A stretch of 34,473 nucleotides of DNA from Octopus sinensis. Taxonomy: Eukaryota. A program made the position numbers and the translations under genes. The notes below the pieces were generated by a model. The model worked only from the letters and a program-made list of their open reading frames with translations, searched no databases and was not told the origin of the DNA. The stretch covers positions 1 through 34,473 of the forward strand of contig NW_021829930.1 in the NCBI RefSeq assembly GCF_006345805.1, read 5' to 3'. Shown piece after piece: positions 22,198-33,705 of the stretch (position 1 is its first letter; each line of letters opens with the position of its first letter).

Positions 22198-23415
22198 AAT
22201 ATCAGTTTCACTTATATCAGTTTCAAATTTTGGCACAAGGCCAGCAATTTTGGGGATGGGTCAAATCGATTAAATCGATTTAAGTCCTCAGCTGGTACTT
22301 ATTTTATCGACCGCGAAAAAATGAAAGGAAAAGTCAACTTCGGCGGATTTGAACAAAATGAAAATTTTCCCTGCATGGTTACGATTCTACCTGCTCGCTG
22401 CCCTAAACTGACTCGTAATATCAGTTTCAAATTTTGACACAAGGCTAGTAATTTCGACGGGAGATGGTGGTGATCGACCACAGTATTCAACTGGTAAATA
22501 TTTTGTCGACCGTGAAAAGATGAAAGGAAAAGTCAACCTCGGCGGAATTTGCACTAAGAACGAAATGACGGACGAAAATTCCGCTTAGCATTTTGCTAAC
22601 GATTCTGGCAGCTCGCGGCGCCTAAACTGACTTGAAATACCAACTTCAAACTTTGATACAAGGCCAGCAGTTTTGTGGGAAGGGTAAATCGATTACATCG
22701 ATCTCAGTACTCGACTGGTAAGTATTGGGTTGTCCAGAAAGTTCGTGACGATTTATAGTAGCTTAACTTTCGACTTTTTTTAGAAGATGGTGGAGTCCAT
22801 AAAATACGATTTGACTACACCTCCATTTAGAGCACACTTTAAGATATCTTTTCGTGGAAGAAGATTTATGTCCCTATAACCTGTGTTAATTCTGTAACCC
22901 TTTAAAATGGAAGATAAGAAAGTTCATTTTCGGTACTTGATGCTTTGGGAACCAGACAAAAATTGCTGCATCTCGGTTGGGATGTTTTACCCCACCCTCC
23001 ATATTCACCAGATATTGCTCCTTCGGATTTCCACTTATTCAGGTCTCTGCAGAATAGTCTTAATGATAAAAATTCCTTGGATGACATAAAAAGATAACCT
23101 GATGAATTCTTTGCCATGAAACCACCTCAATTCTGGGAAGAGGATATTTTCAAGTTAAAGGAAAGATAGAGACGCATTGTGCAACAAAATGGTTCATATT
23201 TGGTTCATGCAAAATGTAATGGCAAGTATCTATTGACCTTTTTCTTTTCTTTAAACATCGGCACGAACTTTCCGGACAACCCAATATTTTATCGTCTCCG
23301 CGAAAGGACGAAAGGGAAAATCGACCTCGACGGAGTTTGAGTTCAGAACGTGAGACGGAGGAAAATGTCGCTTTAGTATTTTGTCCGGCGCGCTAACGTG
23401 TCTGCTAGCTCACCG
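22198..23415 (-). repeat. Three head-to-tail old SINE A monomers; the third is split by a mariner insertion
   Basis: Units start at about 22198, 22402 and 22621. Spacer cctaaactgact.g.aata.ca..ttcaaa is shared at 22402 and 22621, and the first two units share the variant gaaaggaaaagtcaac. Confidence 0.8.
22725..23284 (+). mobile_element. Internally deleted, non-autonomous mariner inserted into a SINE
   Basis: TIRs ttgggttgtccagaaagttcgtg and cacgaactttccggacaacccaa match at 22/23; TA at 22723-24 and 23285-86. N-terminus [15 protein letters not shown] is fused to [29 protein letters not shown]. Confidence 0.95.
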
Positions 23416-23559
23416 TATTAATATCGACATGCTGTTTTTTTCATTTTTTTTTTATAAACAAACATTTTCTGCCAATGTCAGGATCATGCTTAAGTCGTTA
23501 TAAGTGAAATTGTTCGGCGAGTTGGGTGTCATAGCTATAGCAGTGAAACAAGTAGAAAC

Positions 23560-23562
<3 letters not shown>

Positions 23563-23592
<30 letters not shown>

Positions 23593-23645
23593 GGTGGTAG
23601 TAGTAGTGGTGGTTGTGGTAGTAGTAGTTGGAGGAGGAGGAGTAA
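23563..23645. repeat. (GTA)/(GTG)/(GAG) triplet repeat
   Basis: Visible directly. Confidence 0.95.
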
Positions 23646-23679
23646 TAGATAACACCGTAGTAATAAGCTGTGCTATTAA

Positions 23680-24078
23680 GGCGGCGAGCTGGCAGAAACG
23701 TTAGCACGCCGGGCGAAATGCGTAGTCGTATTTCGTCTGCCGTTACATTCTGAGTTCAAATTCCGCCGAGGTCGACTTTGCCTTTCGTCCTTTCGGGGTC
23801 GATTAGATAAGTACATGTTACGCACTGGGGTCGATGTAATCGACTTAATCCGTTTGTTTGTCCTCGTTTGTCCTCTCTGTGTTTAGCCCCTTGTGGGTAG
23901 TAAAGAAATAGGTATTTCGTCTGCCGCTACGTTCTGAGTTCAAATTCCGCCGAGGTCGACTTTGCCTTTCATCCTTTCGGGATCGATAAATTAAGTAGCA
24001 GTTTAGCACTGGGGTCAATGTAGGCGACTAGTCCCTTGCCCACAGATTTCAGGCCTTGTGCCTATAATGGAAAGGAGA
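23680..24078 (+). mobile_element. SINE family A, dimeric form
   Basis: Full head; cores at 23755 and 23939 (184-bp period); same linker as the other multimers. Confidence 0.93.
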
Positions 24079-24079
24079 T

Positions 24080-24512
24080 TCATTAGCACGCCGGGAAAAA
24101 CGCTTAGCAGCATTTTTTTCCGATCTTTATGTTCTGAGTTCAATTTCCTCCGTGGCTGAGTTTGCCTTTCATTCTTTCGGGATCTATAAAATACGCACCA
24201 GTTAAGCACTGAGGTCGATGTAATCCACTTACTCCAACCCCTCGAGACTGCTGGCCTTATGCCAACATTTGAAACCAATATGTAACACAAACGCAAGGCT
24301 GCGTAATGGCTGGATCGTTAGTACGCCAGGCAAAATGCTTAGAGCCACTTTCGCCCGTCTTCATGTTCTGAGTTCAAATTCTGCTGTGGTCGACTTTGCC
24401 TTTCATCCTTCCGTGGTCGACAAGATATATACTAGTTGAGCACTGGGGTCAATGTAATTGACTTACCCCCACCTCCCCCAATTGCTAGCCTTGTGCCATA
24501 ATTTGAACCCAA
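24080..24512 (+). mobile_element. Two older SINE A monomers (about 24080-24280 and 24310-24512)
   Basis: Each has ttagcacgcc-like start, gttctgagttcaa, tttgcctttcat, gcactg.ggtc and gccttg/atgcc...atttgaa. Confidence 0.8.
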
Positions 24513-24526
24513 TAAGTTTAATGTAT

Positions 24527-24963
24527 ACGCAGGAGTGGCTGTGTGGTAAGAAGCTTGCTTCCCACCCACATGGCTCCGGATTCAGTTCCACTGCGTGGCG
24601 CCTTGGACAAGTGTCTTCTACTAAAGCCTCGGGCCGACCAAGGCTTTGTGAGTGGATTTGGTAGACAGAAACTGAAAGAAGCCTTTCGTATATATAACTT
24701 AGAAAGGCTTGGCTAGTATTGGCCCAGGCCATGTCTAACTTATACATATATATATATTTGTGTGTCTGCGTTTATCCCTCCACCATCGCTTGACAACCGA
24801 TGTTGGTGTGTTTACGTCCTCGCAACTTAGAGGTTCGGCGAAAGTGACCAATAGAATAAGTGCTAGGCTTACAAAGAATAAGTCCTGGGTCAATTTCTTC
24901 GATTAAAGGCGGTGCTCCAGCATGGCTGCAGTCAAATGCCTGAAACAAGTAAAATATTAAAAG
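24527..24963 (+). mobile_element. SINE family B
   Basis: cgcaggagtggctgtgtggtaagaagcttgc...gcgtggcgccttggacaagtgtctt...cgcttgacaaccgatg...gcagtcaaatgcctgaaacaagtaaaa. Confidence 0.92.
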
Positions 24964-24974
24964 AATACCTGCAG

Positions 24975-25250
24975 AAGTTGGTGATGGTGGTATGGTGGTG
25001 TTGGTGGTGTTGGTGGTGGTAAGGATGGTATTGGTAGTGGTTTTGGTGGTGGCTATTTGTAGTGATGGTGGCGCTGGCAGTTGTGATGGTGATGGCAGTG
25101 ACAGCGGAGATGCTGGTTGCAATGGTGGCATCATCAACGCTGGTGTCCGCACTGCTGGTTCTGTTAAACGATGGTGTTTGTAGTAATGATAGAGACGCTG
25201 GTAGTTGTCGGTGATGTTGACGGTGACGGTGGTGGTGGTGGTGCTGATGG
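24975..25250. repeat. Degenerate (GGT)n/(GAT)n triplet region
   Basis: Visible directly. Confidence 0.8.
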
Positions 25251-25649
25251 TTGTATTATAATTGGCGGTGTTTGTACCGCTGGTGGGGGTAACGGTGGGG
25301 ACTGCATCAGTTAATATAGCTCATATTGTGTCTGAGGTTGGTTGTGTAACAGCGATTCAGTGTCTCGCTGCTGGAAGTTTCGGAATTGTATGTGTAAAGG
25401 AAAAGTTACTTAGCGCTCGCCGACAGCGTGTGTTGTAGCTTTTAGTTGAAAAATGGCATCGTAAGAATAGCCAATATGATCTCAAGATTAACCTATTTCC
25501 GTTTCTGCTGACGGTCTTTCGCACTTTCATTCCTCCTAGGCCGTCGCAGCTATTATTCTATGCAACCAATGTTTCGCTATAGAAATATGACCGAATACGA
25601 CGGACTAAGGAAAGCATTTTGAGAGGAATTGCGGGAGACAGTGCTTTCT

Positions 25650-25882
25650 TTTCTTCTTGCTTTTCATCAACGAAAGAGAAAGAAAGATAGAGATAGAGAG
25701 AGAAAGAGGGGGAGAGAAAGAGAGAGAGACATAAAGACAGAGAGAGAGAGAGAAGGAGTGAATTCTCATGAAAAAGATAAAGATATAAATGAAGAGAAAG
25801 ATAACGAAAGAAGATGATCAAGAAGAAGAAAAGGGAGGAGGAGGAGGAGGAGAGAAGGAGAAGAAAAAAGAAAAAGAAGTAC

Positions 25883-25915
<33 letters not shown>

Positions 25916-25942
25916 AAGAAGAAGAAGAAGAAGAAGAAGAAG

Positions 25943-25974
<32 letters not shown>

Positions 25975-26385
25975 GAAGAAGAAGAAGAAGAAGAAGAAGA
26001 AGAAGAAGAAGAAGAAGAAGAAGAAAATAGAAGGGAGGAAATAGAATGAAAAGAAAAAAAGAAAGAAAAACAGAAAAGAAATAGACAATAAGTAAGCGGC
26101 AGAAGAAAAAATGGCAGCAGCAGCAGCAATAGTGGTAGTAGTAATATTAGTAGTATTAGTAGTAGCTGAAGAAGAAGGAAGAGGAAGAGGAGGAAGAGGG
26201 GGAGGATGAGGGGGACGCGACAATGACGATGACAATGACGTCGACGGCGACGATGACGACGATGTTGATAATGCCGAAGATGAAGATGATTATGATGATG
26301 ATGATGATGGTGATGATGATGGTGATGGTGATGGTGATGATGATGGTGATGATGATGATGATGACGAAGATGAATTCAGAAGCAA
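25650..26385 (+). repeat. Purine-rich compound repeat: (GA)n, (GGA), (GTA)n, (GAA)n, (GCA), (GAT)n
   Basis: Visible directly; the source of the poly-E/S/F ORFs. Confidence 0.95.
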
Positions 26386-26529
26386 AGATTGTTCCTTTCA
26401 ATAGTGCCTTAATTGATGGCTATTGAAGACGAGATAATGTAGTGAAATAAAGTGGAATGACATTCCAAGGCAAAGAAAATGGTTCGCAGTGTTGCAAAGT
26501 TGCCCTTCAATCAGATACCGCCATTAATA

Positions 26530-26547
26530 TATATCTAAGGATGTGCG

Positions 26548-26579
<32 letters not shown>

Positions 26580-26694
26580 CATACATACATACATACATAC
26601 ATACAAAGGTACGTACGTACATGTGTACATACATGATATATATATGTATATATATACGCATATATACATACATACATATATACATACAACTGTA

Positions 26695-26747
<53 letters not shown>

Positions 26748-27013
26748 GTCTATATATATATATATATATATATATCTTTGTGTATGTGTGTGTGCATGTA
26801 TGTATAAATGTATGTGCGTGGTTGAGTAGGTGTCTGTAGGTGTCTGTGCACCTGTAGGAGTATAGTGAATGTGTATATGAACGAAAACATATAAATTTCT
26901 ATATATAAATATAGGTTTGTATACATACACATATGAATGCATACATACACATATATATACGTATATATATATATATATATATATATACATACATAAGTTT
27001 ATATATACCTATG

Positions 27014-27044
<31 letters not shown>

Positions 27045-27257
27045 GTTTATATATACATGTAAGTGTGTTTGTGCGTAATACACATATATACATAATCTAT
27101 AAATAATATACATATATCATGTATAAAAATTCAAGAACATTTATATATAACTATGTACACATACATATAAATATACATATGCATACATATACCAACCAAC
27201 CTACCTACCTACCAACCAACCTACCTACCTACCTACCTACCTACGTACATACATACA

Positions 27258-27291
<34 letters not shown>

Positions 27292-27400
27292 CATACATAC
27301 ATATATATTTATGTACTCATTTGGGCGTACGTACATTCATGTGCGTGTGTTTGTGTGTGAGTGTGTGTTTGAATGTGCTTGTGTGTGCGTGAGTGTATGC
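26530..27400. repeat. Compound (TACA)/(TATC)/(TA)/(CCTA/CCAA)/(TG) microsatellite field
   Basis: Visible directly. Confidence 0.95.
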
Positions 27401-28879
27401 ATGTATACGCTTAACATCCAACATTTTACTGAACAAAGCAGGCATCTAATAAAGACAAACAAAATAAAAATTAATAAATAAAAGGAGGAAATTTTAGGTT
27501 TTTAACACTTTTGGTATAAAAACCATCGTAAAAATTATATTTTGACAGATATAACTTTTTGGACCATTTTAATCTTTAAACACGTTAAATGTATTTCGCC
27601 GCCGCCTCTCTCTGAGTGTCTTTTTTTTTCTTTCTAACACGCTATGAGATTCATCGTAAGGCACAGAGCTATTAGTTGCTGCAGTAGTACTGTAGTTGTT
27701 GTTGAAATGATGATGTTGGTTATGGTAGGAAAAATTGATGCAAGTCATTTCTGGGGTAATAACATAGTGTCATTGGTGGTGTCCGTAATGATTGGTGGTA
27801 GTTGTAGTGAGGGAAGTGGTGGCAGTGACTCAAAGAAAATATTCTTTTGAAGTAAAAAGTTTACACTTAATTTTCCCTGATTCCTGTCAATACTTATACA
27901 AAATATTTGTTTATGGTGTTGGCGCATACCCATGAATTCGCTACATGTAGATATGGGGTAACACCGAAAATCTGCGGCGTTCATTCAATGAAAGTACTCT
28001 GTTTAGTGGAATCATGCCTACTAGAGAAGGAGCCAATTGGTTCTGTGAATTACCTAAACATATGTCAAAGGAATATAAGTAGACTTTCAATTAAATATCT
28101 TGTAAAATTTCTCTTCATACAATGTTTCCCATGTTCTCATGATCCTCGTATTTGCTGAACTCTCAGTTTGTTCGGCAAGAGTTGTCGTCTTCGATGGTGA
28201 CTAATGATTTGATACTAATGAAAGAGAAACGAAATACAATGCTTACTGTCAGTTTGACATAGGACACAACTAGTAAGTTAGCAAATTAATTTGCTTATTT
28301 CTCTAGGAGTAAGCCCTAAAACCCGAGATCTGCAGTAAGACCAAGGAACTCACCTGCTACAAGTACAATAGCTAACATCAAATGACCGGGAAGTATTTCT
28401 TCATAGTAGCATCGTTCCATCTGCTTCTGAGAATGGGAGATAGATGGAGGATAAAGGGGTTAAGCAAATTTTATAAAGAGAAAAACAAAAACAACGAAAA
28501 AGACCCTACTAAAAAAAAAAACAGAACCAAATCTCCAAAAACAAACACTAAAAATTCGTGGTGGCTTATACTTCATGCGAAGAAGAAACGCTCTCCGTTG
28601 AGGAAGCATCCAAATCGTACCCTGAGCGGTGTTCCTAGCTCCTTTCCTACTTGAAATAAATGAAACTCACAGTAATATGCAAGAATACAATATACACAAG
28701 AAATATTCGAAAGATGATCCGCACCAAGAAGGAAATGTGATCACATTTCAAACGAAATTAAAAGGACAGAATAATAGCTTAAATATCCGACAGACCTTAC
28801 AAAGCATTTTCAATGATACAGAAGACAAGATTCTTCACTTATAACGCAAGAGTTACCCACGAAAGTGTTTATAATTTCT

Positions 28880-29822
28880 AGCCCCTAAGAGCATAAGAGG
28901 GTAACACGAGTGAAGCGTGACTGGAGTGTATTGATGAACGCAAGTGAATGCTTTAAATATTTAAATAAATGCTCAACATTGGTGCATAGTAGAGGATTAA
29001 TGGCGGTCAAGACCGAAGGCGTTCTCAGTGAAAATCTGGCGTCGACGAAAACCAGCTAGCTAGTGCTGATCTGTTCTGAGGACTGTCTCTCTAGGGTCCA
29101 TGGATAATTGCCAGAAATTTGATACCTGGCCTAGCAGTACTATCGAAGTGTTTGACGTCTCCGGACATACTCTACAGAACTGGTAATGCAGTCAGCGGCG
29201 CTTGTTCGAGATGTGCACAGAGCCACTAAACCATGATGCAATCACTTATCGCGTGTTTCAGAATTGTTGACTTGTGCAATTTTATCGAACACCTGCTATC
29301 AAGAATGGGACCAACCCGGCTATCAGCTCTGTTATCAAGATGATCCCATCACCTTTATTTGGCGGAGGAATATAGTGAAAGACGTTGCGTAGAGGACGAG
29401 ATTGAAACGGTTGAAGACAGACCCTTTCCTATTTGGTCAAACCTCGTCAGCTTTTCAAGTTCCACTCGAGCATGAAAATGAGTGTGGGGAGGATAGTGTC
29501 AATTTCCAACAATTTTTTTGTAAGGTGGATGACAGTGGCGTGGGCGATCCGACAGAACAATCCTGCTCTGATCATGTGCTTATAGAATTGGAAGACAGGT
29601 TAGAGAGGGAGCTTACCTCAGTGTTAAGGGTGACTAAGTTTTTGTTGGGGGTTCCTATGAGTAGTCATCGGAGTTCTCACCGGAAGTCTTTTGCATATGT
29701 TTACGTGTTGTTTTCACGTAAATCTGCCTGTCTGTTACCGGTTTTCTAATCCCTCCTTAGTAATGTCCCCGTCTTATGTGAAACCATGTGGCTAATAAAA
29801 GAACTATAACTACTACTACTAA
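28880..29822 (+). mobile_element. 3' fragment of an L1/Tx1-like LINE (decayed ORF2 C-terminus plus 3' UTR)
   Basis: Frameshifted fragments GSMDNCQK, LA*QYYR, DILYRTGNAVSGACSRCAQSH*T (CX2C at 29203-29214), FIEHLLSRMG..RLSA, RTRLKRLKTD, FKFH..KM.V and F.VRW..VA. AATAAA at 29794, then a (CTA)n tail. Confidence 0.65.
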
Positions 29823-29854
29823 CAATAATAACAATAATAATAGTTCTCCTTCTT

Positions 29855-29886
<32 letters not shown>

Positions 29887-29889
29887 ATT

Positions 29890-30107
29890 AGGCGGTGAGA
29901 TAGAATCATTAGCACGCCGGGCGAAATGATTAACGATATTTCGTCTGTATTTACTGCCGCTACGTTTTGAGTTCAAATTCCGCCGAAGTCGACTTTGCCT
30001 TTTATCCTTTCGGGGTTGATGAAACAAGTACCAGCTACGCACTAGGCTCGACTAACCTCCCCCCCTCACCAAAATTTCGGGACTTGTGCCTATAGTAGAA
30101 AGAAATA
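29890..30107 (+). mobile_element. SINE family A monomer
   Basis: ggcggtgagatagaatcattagcacgccgggcgaaatg...gagttcaaattccgccgaagtcgactttgcc...gacttgtgcctatagtagaaag. Confidence 0.9.
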
Positions 30108-30338
30108 TTGTTGTTGTTGTTATTATTATTATTATTGTTTTATTATTAGTATTATTAGTATTATTACTGATGCTGCAATTATTTATATAAATTTATAGTC
30201 TTTTAAGAATAGTAATTTAATTATTAATTAGCGAGACGTCCAAAGATGGAAGGAAGTAATAAAACGAAACTGACGCCCACCCAAAAGATTAAAAACAAAT
30301 GTGTAAGTGTGTGGTGTGTATATATATATATATATATA

Positions 30339-30690
30339 GGCGCAGGAGTGGGTGCGTGGTAAGTAGCTTGCTTACCAACCACATGGTTCCGGGTTCAGTC
30401 CTGCGGCGTTGCCCCTTGGGCAAGTGTCTTCTACTATAGCTTTGGGCCGACCAAAGCCTTGTAAGTGGATTATACATATGTATGTATGTGTCTGTGTTTG
30501 TCCCCCCTCAACATCGCTTGACAACCGATGCTGGTGTGTTTACGTTCCCGTAACTTAGCGGTTCGGCAAAAAGAACAGATAGAATTAGTACTAGACTTAC
30601 AAAGTCCTGGGGTTATTTTCTCGACTAAAGGTGGTGATCCAGCATGGCCGCAGTCAAATGACTGAAACAAATAAAAGAATAAAAGAATAT
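30339..30690 (+). mobile_element. SINE family B with a short internal deletion
   Basis: Full head ggcgcaggagtgggtgcgtggtaagtagcttgc. It lacks the tggtagacggaaactgaaagaag segment present in the other copies; tail (taaaagaa)2. Confidence 0.92.
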
Positions 30691-30984
30691 ATATATATTC
30701 AAACTAAGCAACAAGAATGCCTGGAATATTGTTGCTTATTTCGATTATAATCACCCCACGGATTTTTATGGATAACACCATACAGATTTCTAAATTAAGT
30801 ACCATATTCATTTGAATCTAAATTTTTGCTGAACTTATATATATATATATATATATAAATCAAACAAATTTATACATTTAAAATAAAATTTTTAAAATAA
30901 TTGTAAACAATAGTTATAAATCAACAATAAGATAAGGATCACGGAATATTTGCTGCGAGAATTACAGCTGATATGGGATGTGAT

Positions 30985-31869
30985 ATGATGATGATGATGA
31001 TGATGATGATGACGACTATGTAGAATATGGGGATGGTTGGCACGTAATTGTGTACTTTGTTTTTGGGTGAGAATGTGCGGTCACGCAAGGAATTCAATAT
31101 TCTGCCGCGTGAGTTGACGTAATGATAGAGAAAGAAGAAGAAAAAAAGATAAAGAAATAAGAAACCAGAAGCAATAAACACTAATAGAAACAGTAACGTC
31201 ACCATCATCATCATCATCATCATCAACACCATGATCATTATGATCCTCTTCTTTCTCCTCTTCCTCCTCGACCTCATCCTCATCATCGCCGCCGCCGCCG
31301 CCGTCGTCGTCATCATCAACAGTTTCGTCAGCAGCACTACTGCCATGATCATAATCATGATCCTGAAGAACATCCTCCCACTCCTCCACCCCCTCATTCT
31401 CCTCCCTCATCCTCTCCCTCGTGATGATGATGAAGATCATCATCATCATCATCGTCAAAATCATCATCATCATCAAAATCATCATCAGCAACAACAGCAA
31501 TAATATGAGCAGCTGTAGTAGCAGCGGTCGCAGCAGCAGCAACAGCAAGATGATTGCCTCGATTGTCCTCATCGCCCTCCACAACCGTCCCCACCGCCGC
31601 CACCACCTCCCCGGTCAGCTTTACCAATAGCAGCAGCAGCAGCAGCACCACCACCACCACCACAAGAACAACAACAAAAATAGAATAGCATCAACAATAT
31701 GCGCAACAAAACTGATTATAACGGGAACGACAACGATGACAACAACGATGACAACACGAATAATAACAACGACAACGATATAATGAGGAAGAGTGGAGAT
31801 AATGATGGAGATGATGATGATGAGGCTGATGAAGATGACGACAACAACAACAACAACAGCAACAACAAC

Positions 31870-31904
<35 letters not shown>

Positions 31905-32335
31905 GAAGAAGAAGAAGATGAAGAAAAAGAATAAAGATGAAGAACGGTTGAAATAATGTCAACTAAATGAGATATTAGTGAGTAAAAACAAGAGAGGGAA
32001 AGTAACAGGAGGAAGAAGCGAATACTGCTTCTGCTGCTGCTGCTGATGATGATGAGGAGGAGGATGAGGTGGATGAGGAGGATGAGGAGGAGGAAGAGGA
32101 GAAAGAGAAGGAGGAAGAAGAGAAGGAGATGGAGGAGAAATGGGGAAAAGAGAAAGAAGAAGAAGAAGAAGAAGAAGAAGAAGAAAGAAGCAGAAGAAGA
32201 AGAAGAAGAAGAAGAAGAAGAAAAAGAAGACGAAAGAAGCGAAGAAGAAGACGGAAAAGGTAGAAGAAATGAATAATAAGGAGAAAGAGAAGTAGGGGAA
32301 AACGATTGAGAAGAAGGAGGAGGAGAAAGTGTGGT
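30985..32335. repeat. About 1.3-kb mosaic of triplet repeats (GAT, CAT, CCT, GCA, AAC, AAT, GAA, GAG)
   Basis: Visible directly; it generates many low-complexity ORFs. Confidence 0.93.
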
Positions 32336-32544
32336 ATTCTCCTGTGAGTTGGCTGACCTCAGTTGGCCCCTGAGGAACTGCCACCTCTCACCATTCTCAG
32401 ATCCTGCTGTACCCACTGGGTATTACACGCAGTCCTCACCTCTCAGCCATCTCACTGGAATTGTTTGCCTTCACATGGCTTTAGAGCCACCATCGAATTT
32501 CAACGATTCAATATAGCAATCAGGTGCTATAAACATCTTACTTT

Positions 32545-33001
32545 GTAAGGCAGTCTACGGGCAGAATCATTAGCACAGCGGACAAGATGCCTTATGACAC
32601 ATCGTCCGTCTTTACATTCTGAGTTCAAGCTCCACCGAGGAAAGCATATCTTTTTGTCTGTTCAGGGTCGATTAAATAAGTACCAGTTGATCACTGGGTT
32701 CGATGCAATCGACTAGCCCCTTCCTTCAAAGTTTCAGGCTTTGTGCCTATGGTAGAAGAAATTATTATTATTATTATTAAGGCAGCAAAAGGGGGCGAGC
32801 TAGCAGAATCGCTTATACGCCGGGCAAAATGATTATCACTATTTCGCCTGTCGCTACGTTCTGAGCTCGAAATCTGCTAAGGTCGACTTTGCCTTTTATC
32901 CTTTCGAGGTCGATGAAATAGGTACCAGTTGAGCACTGAGGTTGATGTAATCGACACACCTCTCCACCAAAAATTCAGGCCTTGTACCTATAACAGAAAG
33001 G

Positions 33002-33002
<1 letters not shown>
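32545..33002 (+). mobile_element. Two tandem SINE A monomers (about 32545-32762 and 32792-33002)
   Basis: Each has gcagaatc..t, ttctgag.tc, gtcgat.aaata.gtaccagttga and aaattcaggc.ttgt.cctat, with a (TTA)n tail. Confidence 0.85.
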
Positions 33003-33035
<33 letters not shown>

Positions 33036-33046
33036 TATTATTATTA

Positions 33047-33092
<46 letters not shown>

Positions 33093-33623
33093 GAGTGAGA
33101 GGGCAGTGCTTGCCATCAAAGTGACACTGAGGTGAAATGTACGAAGCCCAGTATACCCATCATGACTACCCGTCTGATAAGGTATACAGGCACATGCATC
33201 ACAACCATATGTGTGCGACAGGGTGATCTCATACCAAGATAAACAGCGCATGACCTTGCAGGTGGGGCCCAGTTAGAATTTTCTTCTGGTCGAGTAGCCC
33301 ATTCCTCTCAAAAGGTCCCTGAATAAGGATTGTTTAAGGATGTTGAAAGAACCACCCATGTTTCCAAAAGTGAATTATCCAAACCTCTAAGAATTCCTTT
33401 CAACACACGGCTATGATGCTCCCCAACTACTTCTGCTTGTGATCAGAGATGCACATATCGTCAGCCGCTAAGGGAGATGGTCAACTGGTTAAGGTCAAAC
33501 AACTAACAAGCAAATCTGTGGTATTGAGCAGAATATTTGCTGTAGCCCATCTTTTATACCAAGACAAAACAATATACATGATAACACTTCCAATCAGTTT
33601 AGATCAGGAGCCATGAGAGCCAC
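33093..33623 (-). mobile_element. About 530-bp non-coding interspersed element flanked on both sides by (TAA)n
   Basis: A sharply bounded complex sequence between (TTA)n runs at 33003-33092 and 33624-33705, with no long ORF. I recognise it as a recurrent repeat type; the orientation is inferred from the adjacent element. Confidence 0.5.
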
Positions 33624-33649
33624 TTATTATTATTATTATTATTATTATA

Positions 33650-33698
<49 letters not shown>

Positions 33699-33705
33699 TA
33701 TTATT

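Noticed and set aside
10033-24078. Regularly spaced repeats of about 184 bp that superficially resemble a CRISPR or repeat-spacer array
   Set aside because: The intervening segments are the same linker each time, not unique spacers. The units are SINE-derived, the DNA is eukaryotic and there are no cas genes.
32331-32548. Overlapping 61-aa ORFs in a GC-balanced unique patch
   Set aside because: No recognisable motif, and no paired splice sites consistent with a frame.
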